Counted from the stretch's first letter, positions 52,756 to 61,987 are shown. The stretch is DNA of 64,000 bases from Dehalococcoidia bacterium (GCA_034423015.1 DAOUJG010000015.1:12104-76103), one strand, 5' to 3'. The notes: generated by a model from the letters alone, not told the origin. Numbers and translations: made by a program.

Positions 52756-53555
52756 GGGACGGGCACCCCCCTCAGCTCCAGGACGAACCTGCGGGCCTCT
52801 TCCACGAGCCGGTCCCTGGGAGACTCCTGGAGGACCCGGATGAGGGCGCTTCCCACGGCCGCCCCCTGGGCGGCGGCCCCGATGGACTCCACGTGGTCGC
52901 GCTTGGACACGCCGAAGCCGACGACCAGGGGCAGGTCCGTGTGCCGTTTCACCCTAGCCAGCAGGTCGAAGACGCCCTCGGGCAGGCTATCCCGGGCGCC
53001 GGTGACCCCCGTAAGGCTGACGCAGTAGATGAACCCGGAGGCCCCCTGGCACACCAGCCTTATCCGAGCGTCGGTGCTGGTGGGCGCCAGCAGGGGTATC
53101 AGGTGCAGGCCGTAGGGAGTACAGGCGTCGCGCAACGGGCCGGCCTCGTCGGGGGGCAGGTCAGGGACCAGGACCCCGTCGGCGCCACACTCCGACGCCC
53201 GGCGGGCGAAGGCCTCCAGGCCGTAGTGCAGGATGGGGTTGTAGTAGCCGAAGGGGACGATGGGCACCGTTTCGCCCCTCTCCCTGAGCCGCTCCACCAG
53301 GCCGAGGCATCCCTCCAGCGTTACGCCGTTGCCCAGCGCGTGGAAGCTGGCCTCCTGGATGGTGGGGCCGTCGGCCAGGGGGTCGCTGAAAGGGACTCCC
53401 AGCTCGATGATGTCCGCGCCGGCCTCGGCCAGGGCCGGGACGACCTCCAGGGTAGCCTCCATGTCCGGAAAGCCGGCGGTGACGTAGGGGACGAGGCCCG
53501 TCCTGCCCTCTTCCCGGAGGCGGGCGAATCGTTCGGCGATGCGGTCGGTAGCCAT
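52752..53555 (-). CDS. trpA: Tryptophan synthase alpha chain
   Basis: LVPYVTAGFPD, IELGVPFSDPLADGPTIQ, GFIYCVSLTGVTG and VGFGVS. The start is placed at MATDRIAERF (53555). The ORF-track extension upstream is a translated DNA repeat. Confidence 0.9.
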   Translation of the reverse strand: MATDRIAERFARLREEGRTGLVPYVTAGFPDMEATLEVVPALAEAGADIIELGVPFSDPLADGPTIQEASFHALGNGVTLEGCLGLVERLRERGETVPIVPFGYYNPILHYGLEAFARRASECGADGVLVPDLPPDEAGPLRDACTPYGLHLIPLLAPTSTDARIRLVCQGASGFIYCVSLTGVTGARDSLPEGVFDLLARVKRHTDLPLVVGFGVSKRDHVESIGAAAQGAAVGSALIRVLQESPRDRLVEEARRFVLELRGVPVP

Positions 53556-53590
53556 TTCCTGTCTCGCCCGGCTGATTCTTTCTATATTTT

Positions 53591-53644
53591 CCCAGTCGGG
53601 CCTTTTGTCCCAGTCCGGCCTCTTGTCCCGGTCGGGCCTGCCGG
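53591..53644. repeat. Three tandem imperfect copies of an 18-bp unit upstream of trpA
   Basis: The units are cccagtcgggccttttgt, cccagtccggcctcttgt and cccggtcgggcctgccgg, with a partial fourth (cccagc). On the trpA strand the unit reads ACAA(A/G)AGGCC(C/G)GAC(T/C)GGG. Confidence 0.75.
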
Positions 53645-53715
53645 CCCAGCCCAAGGCGGGTACCGGGAGGGGCCGAACCCCGGTATGGAGTATATAACAC
53701 AATGGCATCCGGTGC

Positions 53716-54435
53716 CTAGCTTGCCAGGCTGACCGATAGGGCCAGGAGGTTCTGTAAGGCGTGGGCCGCGAAGCTGCTCCAGATGGATCCGGTGCGGTGG
53801 TAGAGCCATACCAGCACCAGGCCGGTGAAGAAGATGGGCGCGATCACGGCCGGTTGGCCGTGGGCCAGGGCGAACAGGGCGGCGGTGATGACACCCGCCG
53901 GGACCACGCCACAGGCTCCCGCCAGCCCCGGGAAGACGAACCCCCGGAAGAATACCTCCTCGGTGAAGGGAATCCACAGCACCACGAGCAGGTAGGTGAC
54001 CAGCACCGCCGGCCCTCCCAGGGCGATGTCTTCGGGCAGGTCCGGGGGCTTCAGCGCCTCCCACCCGGCCAGGTCGACGACTCCCGTGTAGGCGGCGGCG
54101 AACGCCAGGCTGGCGGCCAAGGCTAGCACAGGCAGGACCCACTGGGACAGTCCCGGCCTGGCGGGGGGCCTCAGTCCCAGGGTGTCGGAGGGGGCGTTGT
54201 AGCGGGCGGGACCAAGGACCCACGCCGCCGAGAGCATGATGGCTCCGCCGATGCCCCCGACGACCACCAGGCCGACGCCCACGTCGGGCTCCCCGGCCAG
54301 GACGGAGTAGAAGACGAAGGTGACTACCACAGCCGCGAAGGCCGCGAAGACGCCGACGACAACGTCGCCCGCCTTCCACGGGACGGTGAATCGCGTATCT
54401 TCTCCGGGGCTTGTCACCGGCGTGAACGTCCCCAT
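53716..54435 (-). CDS. CPBP-family intramembrane glutamic endopeptidase (CAAX protease-like)
   Basis: PFTEEVFFRGFVFPGL (the EExxxR motif), ALFALAHG and SFAAHALQNL (the FxxxH and HxxxN motifs). The start is uncertain and is placed at MGTFTP (54435). Confidence 0.75.
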   Translation of the reverse strand: MGTFTPVTSPGEDTRFTVPWKAGDVVVGVFAAFAAVVVTFVFYSVLAGEPDVGVGLVVVGGIGGAIMLSAAWVLGPARYNAPSDTLGLRPPARPGLSQWVLPVLALAASLAFAAAYTGVVDLAGWEALKPPDLPEDIALGGPAVLVTYLLVVLWIPFTEEVFFRGFVFPGLAGACGVVPAGVITAALFALAHGQPAVIAPIFFTGLVLVWLYHRTGSIWSSFAAHALQNLLALSVSLAS

Positions 54436-54614
54436 TACTCGACGACCGGCCACGGGTCGTGGCCGGTCGTTCGGCGGCTCCTCGTAGCTGCGGCACCGAG
54501 GATGATAGCACGGGGGGGATTTGGGCGGCAACACGGAGACGGGAGCGGCACGGGGACGCAATTTGGCAGGAGTGGGGGCCCGGTGTAAACTGTACCCACC
54601 CCCGGAGGTGAGCG

Positions 54615-55937
54615 TTGGCCCTTTTCGAGCACGGCAGGCGGGTGAGGCAGGAGGCGGAGGCCCCCCTTGCCGCCCGAATGAGGCCCCGCTCCTTCGACGA
54701 GTTCATCGGCCAGGACCACGTCATCGGCAGCGACAAGGTGCTGCGCCGGGCCATCGAGGCGGACCAGACCCCCTCCTTTATCCTATGGGGGCCGCCGGGA
54801 AGCGGGAAGACAACCCTCGCGAACCTGGTCGCCACCGCCACCGACTCCCACTTCGAGCCCCTGAGCGCCGTCACTTCCGGCGTGGCGGACCTCCGGCGCA
54901 TAGTGGCCGAGTCCGGGGAGCGCAGGGCTATGTACGGCCAGCGGACCATCCTGTTCGTCGACGAGATACACCGGTTCAACAAGGCCCAGCAGGACGTGAT
55001 CCTCCCTCACGTGGAGAACGGGACCTTCACCTTCATCGGGGCCACCACGGAGAACCCATCTTTCGAGGTCATCTCGCCGCTGCTGTCCCGGTGCAGGGTG
55101 TTCACCCTGGAGCAGCTCTCCGAGGAGGTGGTGGGCGCCATCGTCCAGAGGGCGCTGGCCGACCCGGAGCGCGGACTGGGCCGGATGGCCGTGGAGCTGG
55201 GGGAGGACGCCGCCGCCATGCTGGTGAACGTGGCCAACGGGGACGCCAGGGTGGCTTTGAACGGGGTCGAGACGGCCGTCCACGCCACGGTCCCCGACGC
55301 CGACGGGGTACGCCGCGTGGACCTGAAGACCGTAGAGGACGCCCTGCAGCGGCGGTCCGTCCCGTACGACAGGGCCGGCGACCAGCACTACGACACCATC
55401 TCGGCGTTCATCAAGTCGGTGCGCGGCTCCGCGCCCGACGCCGCCCTGTACTGGCTGGGGCGGATGGTCGAGGCCGGAGAGGACCCGATGTTCATCGCCC
55501 GCCGGCTGGTGGTCCTGGCCTCGGAGGACATCGGCCTGGCCGATCCCGCGGCCCTTTCCCTGGCGGTGGCGGCCCAGCAGGCCGTGCACTTCATCGGGAT
55601 GCCCGAGGGCAGGATTCCCCTGGCGGAGGCCACGGTCTACCTGGCGATCGCCCCCAAGAGCAACTCGGCCTACGCCGCCCTGAACCGGGCGATGGAGGAC
55701 GTGCGCAAGAGCCGCAACGACCCCGTTCCCCTGCACCTTAGGAACGCCGCCACCGGTCTGATGAGCCGGATGGGGTACGGGAAGGGGTACAAGTACTCCC
55801 ACGACTACGAGGGCCACTTCACCCCCCAGGAGTACCTGCCGGCGGCCCTGCAGGGCCGCCGGTACTACGAGCCGTCCCAGGAGGGGCTGGAGGCGGAGAT
55901 GGAGCGGCGCCTCGCCGAGCGGTGGGGAGACGCTTAG
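54615..55937 (+). CDS. rarA: Replication-associated recombination protein A (AAA+ ATPase)
   Basis: RMRPRSFDEFIGQDHVIG, ILWGPPGSGKTTLA, ILFVDEIHRFNKAQQD, DGDAR-like NGDAR, and the C-terminal MgsA region YDTISAFIKSVRGS..DAALYWL. TTG start with a GGAGGTG RBS. Confidence 0.9.
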   Translation: MALFEHGRRVRQEAEAPLAARMRPRSFDEFIGQDHVIGSDKVLRRAIEADQTPSFILWGPPGSGKTTLANLVATATDSHFEPLSAVTSGVADLRRIVAESGERRAMYGQRTILFVDEIHRFNKAQQDVILPHVENGTFTFIGATTENPSFEVISPLLSRCRVFTLEQLSEEVVGAIVQRALADPERGLGRMAVELGEDAAAMLVNVANGDARVALNGVETAVHATVPDADGVRRVDLKTVEDALQRRSVPYDRAGDQHYDTISAFIKSVRGSAPDAALYWLGRMVEAGEDPMFIARRLVVLASEDIGLADPAALSLAVAAQQAVHFIGMPEGRIPLAEATVYLAIAPKSNSAYAALNRAMEDVRKSRNDPVPLHLRNAATGLMSRMGYGKGYKYSHDYEGHFTPQEYLPAALQGRRYYEPSQEGLEAEMERRLAERWGDA

Positions 55938-55948
55938 GAGGACGAGCC

Positions 55949-57661
55949 TTGCAGTCGACACCGACACGCGCCAGCCTGATCAAGGAAGAGGCCCGGGCCG
56001 GAGGGGCCATGGTGGCCACCAAGGACATAACGGCCACCCGCGCCGGCCTGGAGATGCTCCGGTCCGGCGGCAACGCCGTGGACGCGGCGGTGGCCGCCTG
56101 CCTGGCGGTGGGAGTCGTGGAGCCGGCCTCCAGCGGCATCGGGGGCGGGGGCTACCTCGTCTACCAGGTCAACGGCAAGGGAGGCGTGGTGGGCTTCCCC
56201 ATGCGGGGGCCCATGGCGGCCAGGCCCGACATGTACCGGCTGACGGGGGAGAGCGCCGTGGGGAGCTTCGGCTGGCCCGGGGTGGAAGGGGACGAGAACC
56301 TGGAGGGGTTCCGGTCCATCGCGGTGCCCGGGGCCGTGGCCGGCCTCTGCGAGGCCCACCGGCGCATGGGCCGCCTGCCCCTGGCGGAGGTGGTCGCCCC
56401 GGCGGCGCATGCGGCGCGGGCGGGGTTCACACCAAGCTGGTTCTTCCTCTACGCCCAGGGCCTGCTGGCGGGAAAGCTGTTCCGGTACGACGAGCTACGG
56501 CGGGTGTTCATGCCCGGCGGGGAGATGCCCACCGGGGACGTGGCGGACCCGCCGGTGCTCCGGCAGCCGGACCTGGCGGATGTGCTGGACGCCATCGGTC
56601 GGGAGGGGCCCGACGCCTACTACAAGGGCGACGTGGCCGGCGCCATCGTCTCAGGCATCCACGAAAACGGCGGGATCCTGTCCAGGGATGACCTGGCCTC
56701 GTACCGGCCCTTCCTCTGGGAGGGGGGACTGGAGCTGCAGTACAGGGGGCACACCGTCCGGGTGCCTCCCCACGCCTGCGCGGGCATCACCAGCGCCATG
56801 ACGCTGAAGCTGCTGGAGGGCTTCGACCTGGGCGCCATGGGGCACAACTCGGCGGAGATGCTGCAGGCCTACATCTCCAGCGCAAGGCTGGCCTACGCGG
56901 ACCGGTTCGCCTACGTGGCCGACCCGGAGTTCGCCGACGTGCCTTGGAAGGGCCTCCTGTCCGATGAGTACGCTCGGAGGCGCCGGGCGTCCATCGACGG
57001 CACGACGCCGGCGCGCTACGAGCCGGGAGACCCGTGGGCCGAAGAGGGCCGGAGCGCTGGAAAGAGGCTGGCGGCCAGCCTGCCCGCGTGGGACGGGGGC
57101 ACTACCCACCTGTGCGTGATCGACGGCGAGGGCAACGCGGTGTCCATCACCAACACGATAATGTCCGGCTTCGGCTCGGGAGTGGTGCCCAAGGGCACGG
57201 GCATCGTCATGAACAACGGCATGATGTGGTTCGACCCGGTCCCGGGGCGCATCAACTCCATCATGCCCGGGAAGTTCGCGCTGAACAACATGACGCCGGC
57301 GCTGGTGCTGGACGGCGGCGGCGTCAGGGCCGCCCTGGGCGCGTCGGGGGGCCGGCGCATCACCAACTGCGTTACCCAGCTCATCGTCAAGATGCTGGAC
57401 TTCGGAATGGGCCCCCAGGAGGCCATCGACTCGCCCCGCGTGGACTGCAGCATGCCCTTCACCAGCCTGGACCCCCGGATTCCTCAGGAGGTGATGAGAG
57501 AGCTGGAGGCCCGGGGACACAGGCTCCAGGTCATCGGGGAGAACATCGTGCAGACCGGGTTCGCCAGCTTCGCCAGCCCAGCCGCCATCCAACGCAACGA
57601 GGACGGCTCCCTCAGCGGGGGCGTGGACACCTTCCACTCGGCCTACGCCGAGGGGCTCTGA
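55949..57661 (+). CDS. ggt: Gamma-glutamyltranspeptidase
   Basis: GGNAVDAAVAA, SSGIGGGGY, and the autoprocessing site GGTTHLCVID. The start is placed at TTG 55949, which has an AGGAGG RBS 7 nt upstream. Confidence 0.9.
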   Translation: MQSTPTRASLIKEEARAGGAMVATKDITATRAGLEMLRSGGNAVDAAVAACLAVGVVEPASSGIGGGGYLVYQVNGKGGVVGFPMRGPMAARPDMYRLTGESAVGSFGWPGVEGDENLEGFRSIAVPGAVAGLCEAHRRMGRLPLAEVVAPAAHAARAGFTPSWFFLYAQGLLAGKLFRYDELRRVFMPGGEMPTGDVADPPVLRQPDLADVLDAIGREGPDAYYKGDVAGAIVSGIHENGGILSRDDLASYRPFLWEGGLELQYRGHTVRVPPHACAGITSAMTLKLLEGFDLGAMGHNSAEMLQAYISSARLAYADRFAYVADPEFADVPWKGLLSDEYARRRRASIDGTTPARYEPGDPWAEEGRSAGKRLAASLPAWDGGTTHLCVIDGEGNAVSITNTIMSGFGSGVVPKGTGIVMNNGMMWFDPVPGRINSIMPGKFALNNMTPALVLDGGGVRAALGASGGRRITNCVTQLIVKMLDFGMGPQEAIDSPRVDCSMPFTSLDPRIPQEVMRELEARGHRLQVIGENIVQTGFASFASPAAIQRNEDGSLSGGVDTFHSAYAEGL

Positions 57662-57743
57662 ACCGGAACCGGGCCCCCCGCCCCGTGATCGCGGGGATTG
57701 CCGACCTGTGCAGAGGTGGCAGGGGGCGTGGATTGTAGATTCC

Positions 57744-57771
57744 TCATTCCGCTCCGCTCCATTCGGAATGA
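57744..57771. terminator. Hairpin between convergent ggt and the second prpD-like gene; a short GC-rich repeat-type stem-loop
   Basis: TCATTCCG-ctccgctccatt-CGGAATGA. A second small hairpin, CCCCG-tgatcg-CGGGG, lies about 50 nt upstream. Confidence 0.45.
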
Positions 57772-57814
57772 CGTAGGGCCGGCTCCGGGGCATGTGGGTC
57801 AGCCACGAGCACGG

Positions 57815-59182
57815 TCAGGCGCCGGTGGTCGTGTTCGGCCGGCTCCGGGGCAGGCGGGTGAGCCTCAGGAGCTCCCCGACACCGGAGAGCCGGTCCACCT
57901 CCCACAGCATGGCCAGGAGGCGCTCCACCCGTTTGGCGGGCAGGACGCGGGCGGCCAGGGCGCGGAACTTGGCCTCCAACTGGGAGTCGGTTATGGGGTT
58001 CTGGGGGGCGCCGGTGGCGTGGGGCACCTTCTCGGTGTAGGAGCGGCCGTCCTTCAGCGTAAGGGTGACCTCGGCGGCGTCTTCGGGCATGGCCCCATCG
58101 ACCTCAGCCCGTATCCGGCTTCGGAGGGCCGCCACCTCGGAGTCGACCACCCGGGCGTCGGTGTACTGGGCGGGGAATGCCGCGCCGTCGATGAAGCCCA
58201 CGGCCATGGAGTGCTGGAAGGAGAACTTCCCCTCCAGCCCGATCTTCGGGTCCGGCCTGTCCATCAGCTCCAGCACCAGAGGCTGGACCCTGGCGTCCAC
58301 GCGCTCCACCTGGTTGGCCGGCTCCCCGACCCGGGACCGCAGGGCAATCATGGCGTCGATGAGGGGATGGGCCACCACCCCGCAGGCGTAGGGTTTCAGC
58401 CCGTTCATCCGCAGCTCCCACCGTTCTCCCAGGCCCCGGGTGACCTCCGCCAGGTCGTGCTCCCGGGACATGACGGCGGCGAAGCCCCGCCGTCCCTCGA
58501 GTATCCGGGTGGCGGAGGTGAAGCCCCGGCCCGCCAGAAGGGCCCCCAACACGCCCGCCCGGGCCGCCATGCCGGGATGGAAAGGCTTGGTCATGGACCC
58601 CATCACCTCTCGCACGCCCGCCGCCTGGGTGCCCGCGACCCCCATCCCGTGGACCATCTGCCCGGTGGAGAGGCCCATGAGCCGGCCGGCGGCGGCCACG
58701 GAGCCGAACACACCGCAGGTGCTGGTGATGTGGAAGCCGGCGTCGTAGTGGGCGGGGTGCACCGCCATCCCGATGCGGCAGCAGGCCTCCATGCCCAGCA
58801 CCGAGGCGGCCAGGAGCTCGCTGCCGGTGGACCCGTGGTGCTCCCCCGCCGCCAGGGACGCCGGAAGGGTGGGGGAGGAGGGATGGATGACCGTGGGGAA
58901 GTGGGTATCGTCGTAGTCTTCCAGGTGCCCCAGGTAGCCGTTGGCCAGGGCCGCATTCTGCAGGGAGGTGCGCATCCCCACGCCCAGGACCGAGGCGTTG
59001 GGCCTGCCGCCCTCGCGGCGAAACACGTCCAGCATGATGTTCAGGGACGGGTCCCCGGCCGCGTAGAGGGCGACGCCCAGGAAGTTGATGAGGCACCGTT
59101 TTCCCTCGTGGAGCACGGGCCCCGGTATGGCTTCCGCGGGCGTCTCCACGACGAACCGCGCCAGGTCTTCTGTGACGTTCAT
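57815..59182 (-). CDS. MmgE/PrpD family protein, copy 2
   Basis: 455 aa. FVVETPAEAIPGPVLHEGKRCLINFLGVALYAAG, DDTHFPTVIHPSSPTLPA. It is a paralogue of 20084..21445. Confidence 0.85.
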   Translation of the reverse strand: MNVTEDLARFVVETPAEAIPGPVLHEGKRCLINFLGVALYAAGDPSLNIMLDVFRREGGRPNASVLGVGMRTSLQNAALANGYLGHLEDYDDTHFPTVIHPSSPTLPASLAAGEHHGSTGSELLAASVLGMEACCRIGMAVHPAHYDAGFHITSTCGVFGSVAAAGRLMGLSTGQMVHGMGVAGTQAAGVREVMGSMTKPFHPGMAARAGVLGALLAGRGFTSATRILEGRRGFAAVMSREHDLAEVTRGLGERWELRMNGLKPYACGVVAHPLIDAMIALRSRVGEPANQVERVDARVQPLVLELMDRPDPKIGLEGKFSFQHSMAVGFIDGAAFPAQYTDARVVDSEVAALRSRIRAEVDGAMPEDAAEVTLTLKDGRSYTEKVPHATGAPQNPITDSQLEAKFRALAARVLPAKRVERLLAMLWEVDRLSGVGELLRLTRLPRSRPNTTTGA

Positions 59183-59374
59183 GGATGGCTACCTCGATTG
59201 TAAGACTGAGGAATCGCCCCGGGACCAGGTCCCGGGGTCCGTGAGGCCTCCCCCGGACTGCCTATACTACAGTGCCGTAGCGGGAATTGCTAACAGTCTT
59301 GTGAAGGCCTCGTTTATCGTCATTACCATCAAGAATAGCCCTCAGCACCCTCCTTCATCATTCCCACCATCATC

Positions 59375-59433
59375 ATTCCCGCGCACGCGGGAATCTACGT
59401 CCCCTACCTCTGGGTCCCGGCCTTCGCCGGGAC
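59375..59433. repeat. Two-hairpin GC-rich intergenic repeat element
   Basis: ATTCCCGCG-ca-CGCGGGAAT (59375-59394) and GTCCCGGC-cttc-GCCGGGAC (59414-59433). It is preceded by a tcatcattccc direct duplication. Confidence 0.5.
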
Positions 59434-59565
59434 GACGATGGGGAACACACCCTTGCCGGGGCTCGTGCCGGCGGAACACGTCATGGTATCGTGCTGACAC
59501 AAACTCATATTATTACTCGTATTTAATTGCTGATATTGTGAAATTATTCCTAAATAATATATCTA

Positions 59566-59595
59566 TTGACAATAATATTTCCATCATGCTACTTT
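59566..59595 (+). promoter_or_regulatory. Candidate sigma70 promoter inside a strongly AT-rich tract (TTGACA - 18 nt - TACTTT)
   Basis: TTGACA at 59566-59571 and TACTTT at 59590-59595, about 65 nt upstream of the SBP start at 59659. Confidence 0.4.
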
Positions 59596-59658
59596 CTACA
59601 AATACCCGTATCTCCGCACAGAACGACGGTTTACATAGATACTCTGGGGGGTGCTGTC

Positions 59659-61449
59659 ATGGCTTACGTCAGGTTGCCCAAGATTAGATGGTTGATATTG
59701 GCTTCGGTGATAGCGGTCCTGCTGGTGGGCGTCGCCTGCGGTGAGGAGGCCACCGAGGCGCCGACTACCGCTCCCGTGGCGACGACTGCGCCGCCAACGA
59801 CGGCTCCAGCCACGACGGCTCCCGCCACCACCGCCCCGGGGGTTACCCAAGTTGCCCCCACGGCAGCGCCACAGCCGACGCCCACACCGGTGACAGACCA
59901 GCCCGAACTGGGAGCCAAGCTGACTTTCGCGCTGAACAACTTCGGCAACGAGCGCATAAACCCCAACAACGCCACGAAAGAGGGCGGTATGGGCGGCTTG
60001 ATCCACATGTCCGACTTCCTGATGGGGGTCACGCCGGACAACGTGCTGTCCAACGCCTGGGGCTGGGCCGACTCCTGGGAGCAGGTGGACGGCGCCACCT
60101 GGGACATCATCATGAAGGACTACATCGTCGACCACGACGGTGTGGAAGTGGACGCCGAGGACTGCGTTTGGATCACCAACCACTGGGCTTCCGACGAGGG
60201 CAACAGCCCCGGCGGCGCCATCAGCCCCGGCTGGAGAGTGATCTTCGACCGCACCGAAGCCCTGGACAAATACCACTGCCGGATACACCTGAAGCAGAAC
60301 TACGCCTTCGTGTTCAACATCCTCCCGCCCATAGGCGGGGCGGACCTGTACGCCTGGCCCAAGCGGGGATACGTGGAGATCGCCGGCGGCGACGACGCCA
60401 AGTTCGAGGAGATCGGCGCTCCCATGACCGGGTTCGCTAAGCTCGTCGAGCGCAGGCTGGGCCAGTTCTGGCGTCTCGAACGGTTCGACGAGTACTACGC
60501 CGACGCGGAGTTCCACTTCAAGTTCCGCGAGATGGAGACGCTCCTGGCGGCCGAGGACGCGCCGCGCCTGGCCCTGGTGAAGACGGGAGCCGCGGACATA
60601 GCCAACATGTCCGGCCCGTACGTGGAGGAGATACGGGCGGCGGGCCTGATAGTGGACGGGCCCGAGAAGGTGGACATCGTCTACCAGGGCTTCTACCAGA
60701 CCTACGACCCCGGCCACTGCACCAACAAGCTGGAGGTCCGCAAGGCGATGAACCTCGCCGTGGACGCCGAAGACATCATGACCGGCCTCTGGCCCCCGGG
60801 AACGGCGGAGCGGGCCATCACCGCCTTCACCAGCCCCTATGACGAGAGCTGGAACCCGGCGTTGCAGCCCTACGGCTACGACCCCGAGGAGGCCCGGCGG
60901 CTTCTGAAAGAGGCGGGCTGCGACGGCTTCAAGTTCATCTCCTACGGCTACGCCTTTGCCCAGGGCCCGGAGATGAGGGACATGACCGACGCCATCGTCA
61001 CCTACCTGCAGGGCGTGGGCATCGACGCCGATTTCGTACCCATCGACCCGGTCCCCATAACGCAAAAGAGGCTGGAAGAGAAGTTCGGCGCCGAGGACGG
61101 CCCGCCGGTCAGCGGCTCCCACTGGCAGCTCGGGGCGCGCAACTTCGCCGACAAGATCCGCGTCCACGGGCTCTGCGCCAGCCAGGGCGGCTCGGTGTGC
61201 AACATTCCCGAGCCCGACCTGTGGCAGCAGAAGATGCTGGACTACGCGGCGATAATGGACCCGGTGGAGCGGCGGAAGGTCGCGCAAGTCATGGGCCAGG
61301 AGCTGTACGACATGTACCTGGGCATACCCATCGCCTACCGCAACGCCATCTGGGCCCTGAACCCGGACACCCTGTGCGGCGAGTGGCAGCCCATCAACGG
61401 CACGCCGGCCCACCCGATGTTCAACACCCTCACACCCTGCGACAACTAG
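59659..61449 (+). CDS. ABC transporter substrate-binding lipoprotein, family 5 (orphan, no adjacent permease or ATPase genes)
   Basis: MAYVRLPKIRWLILASVIAVLLVGVACGEE (lipobox), a TAPxTTAP-rich linker, and a family-5 core similar to the other three SBPs (…CTNKLEVRKAMNLAVD…, …YGYDPEEARRLL…). Confidence 0.85.
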   Translation: MAYVRLPKIRWLILASVIAVLLVGVACGEEATEAPTTAPVATTAPPTTAPATTAPATTAPGVTQVAPTAAPQPTPTPVTDQPELGAKLTFALNNFGNERINPNNATKEGGMGGLIHMSDFLMGVTPDNVLSNAWGWADSWEQVDGATWDIIMKDYIVDHDGVEVDAEDCVWITNHWASDEGNSPGGAISPGWRVIFDRTEALDKYHCRIHLKQNYAFVFNILPPIGGADLYAWPKRGYVEIAGGDDAKFEEIGAPMTGFAKLVERRLGQFWRLERFDEYYADAEFHFKFREMETLLAAEDAPRLALVKTGAADIANMSGPYVEEIRAAGLIVDGPEKVDIVYQGFYQTYDPGHCTNKLEVRKAMNLAVDAEDIMTGLWPPGTAERAITAFTSPYDESWNPALQPYGYDPEEARRLLKEAGCDGFKFISYGYAFAQGPEMRDMTDAIVTYLQGVGIDADFVPIDPVPITQKRLEEKFGAEDGPPVSGSHWQLGARNFADKIRVHGLCASQGGSVCNIPEPDLWQQKMLDYAAIMDPVERRKVAQVMGQELYDMYLGIPIAYRNAIWALNPDTLCGEWQPINGTPAHPMFNTLTPCDN

Positions 61450-61732
61450 GAACCGGGCCAGGCCGGACAGCCCCAGGAGGAGACCCCGTAAGAAGGGGGT
61501 CGCCACAAGAACGGCGGCCCCCTCTCCTTGTGTCCGGGGCCTCCGGGGCCGAGCCGTCCACAACCCGGGCGACTGACGGGAATGACATGCTGTGCGGGCC
61601 GGGTTGAAGAACAGCTAGACCGGGTGTAGGCTGAAATGTGGGCGACGCAGTTGAAGTTCGAGCTACCGAGCCCGCGCGAATACCCGTTGCGGGTACGCTA
61701 TTCCAGCCACCATCGTCGAGACGCTGGGAATC

Positions 61733-61987
61733 GTGAGGGGCAGCACCGTGCGCGTCCGCCATATCGGACGGGACCTCATGGCCTGGCTCCGCAACATCGT
61801 AGGCGGCGAGGTCGGCGAATACACCAAGCTCCTGGCGGATGCCCGGGAGGAGTCGCTTCAGCGCATGATCGAGAGGGCCGAGGCCATGGGCGCCGACGCC
61901 ATCGTCGGCACGAGGTTCATCACCGCGGGCGTGTCCCAGGGGTCGGCTGAGATCGTAGCTTACGGCACCGCGGTCAGGACAACCTAG
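61733..61987 (+). CDS. YbjQ/UPF0145-family protein, apparently lacking a canonical start for its first ~20 residues
   Basis: VRGSTVRVRHIGRDLMAWLRNIVGGEVGEYTKLLADAREESLQRMIERAEAMGADAIVGTRF...SAEIVAYGTAV matches YbjQ. The homologous frame continues upstream (…GYAIPATIVETLGI) to a stop at 61652, with no ATG/GTG/TTG before 61733. Confidence 0.55.
   Translation: MRGSTVRVRHIGRDLMAWLRNIVGGEVGEYTKLLADAREESLQRMIERAEAMGADAIVGTRFITAGVSQGSAEIVAYGTAVRTT

Noticed and set aside
53591-53644. Considered whether the 18-bp tandem repeat could be a degenerate CRISPR array.
   Set aside because: The units are directly adjacent with no spacers, there are only about three copies, the unit is too short, and there are no cas genes in the window.
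53556-53708. ORF-track N-terminal extension of trpA containing the peptide repeat RPDRDKRPDWDKRPDWE.
   Set aside because: It is the translation of the 18-bp DNA tandem repeat. TrpA homology begins at MATDRIAERF (53555).
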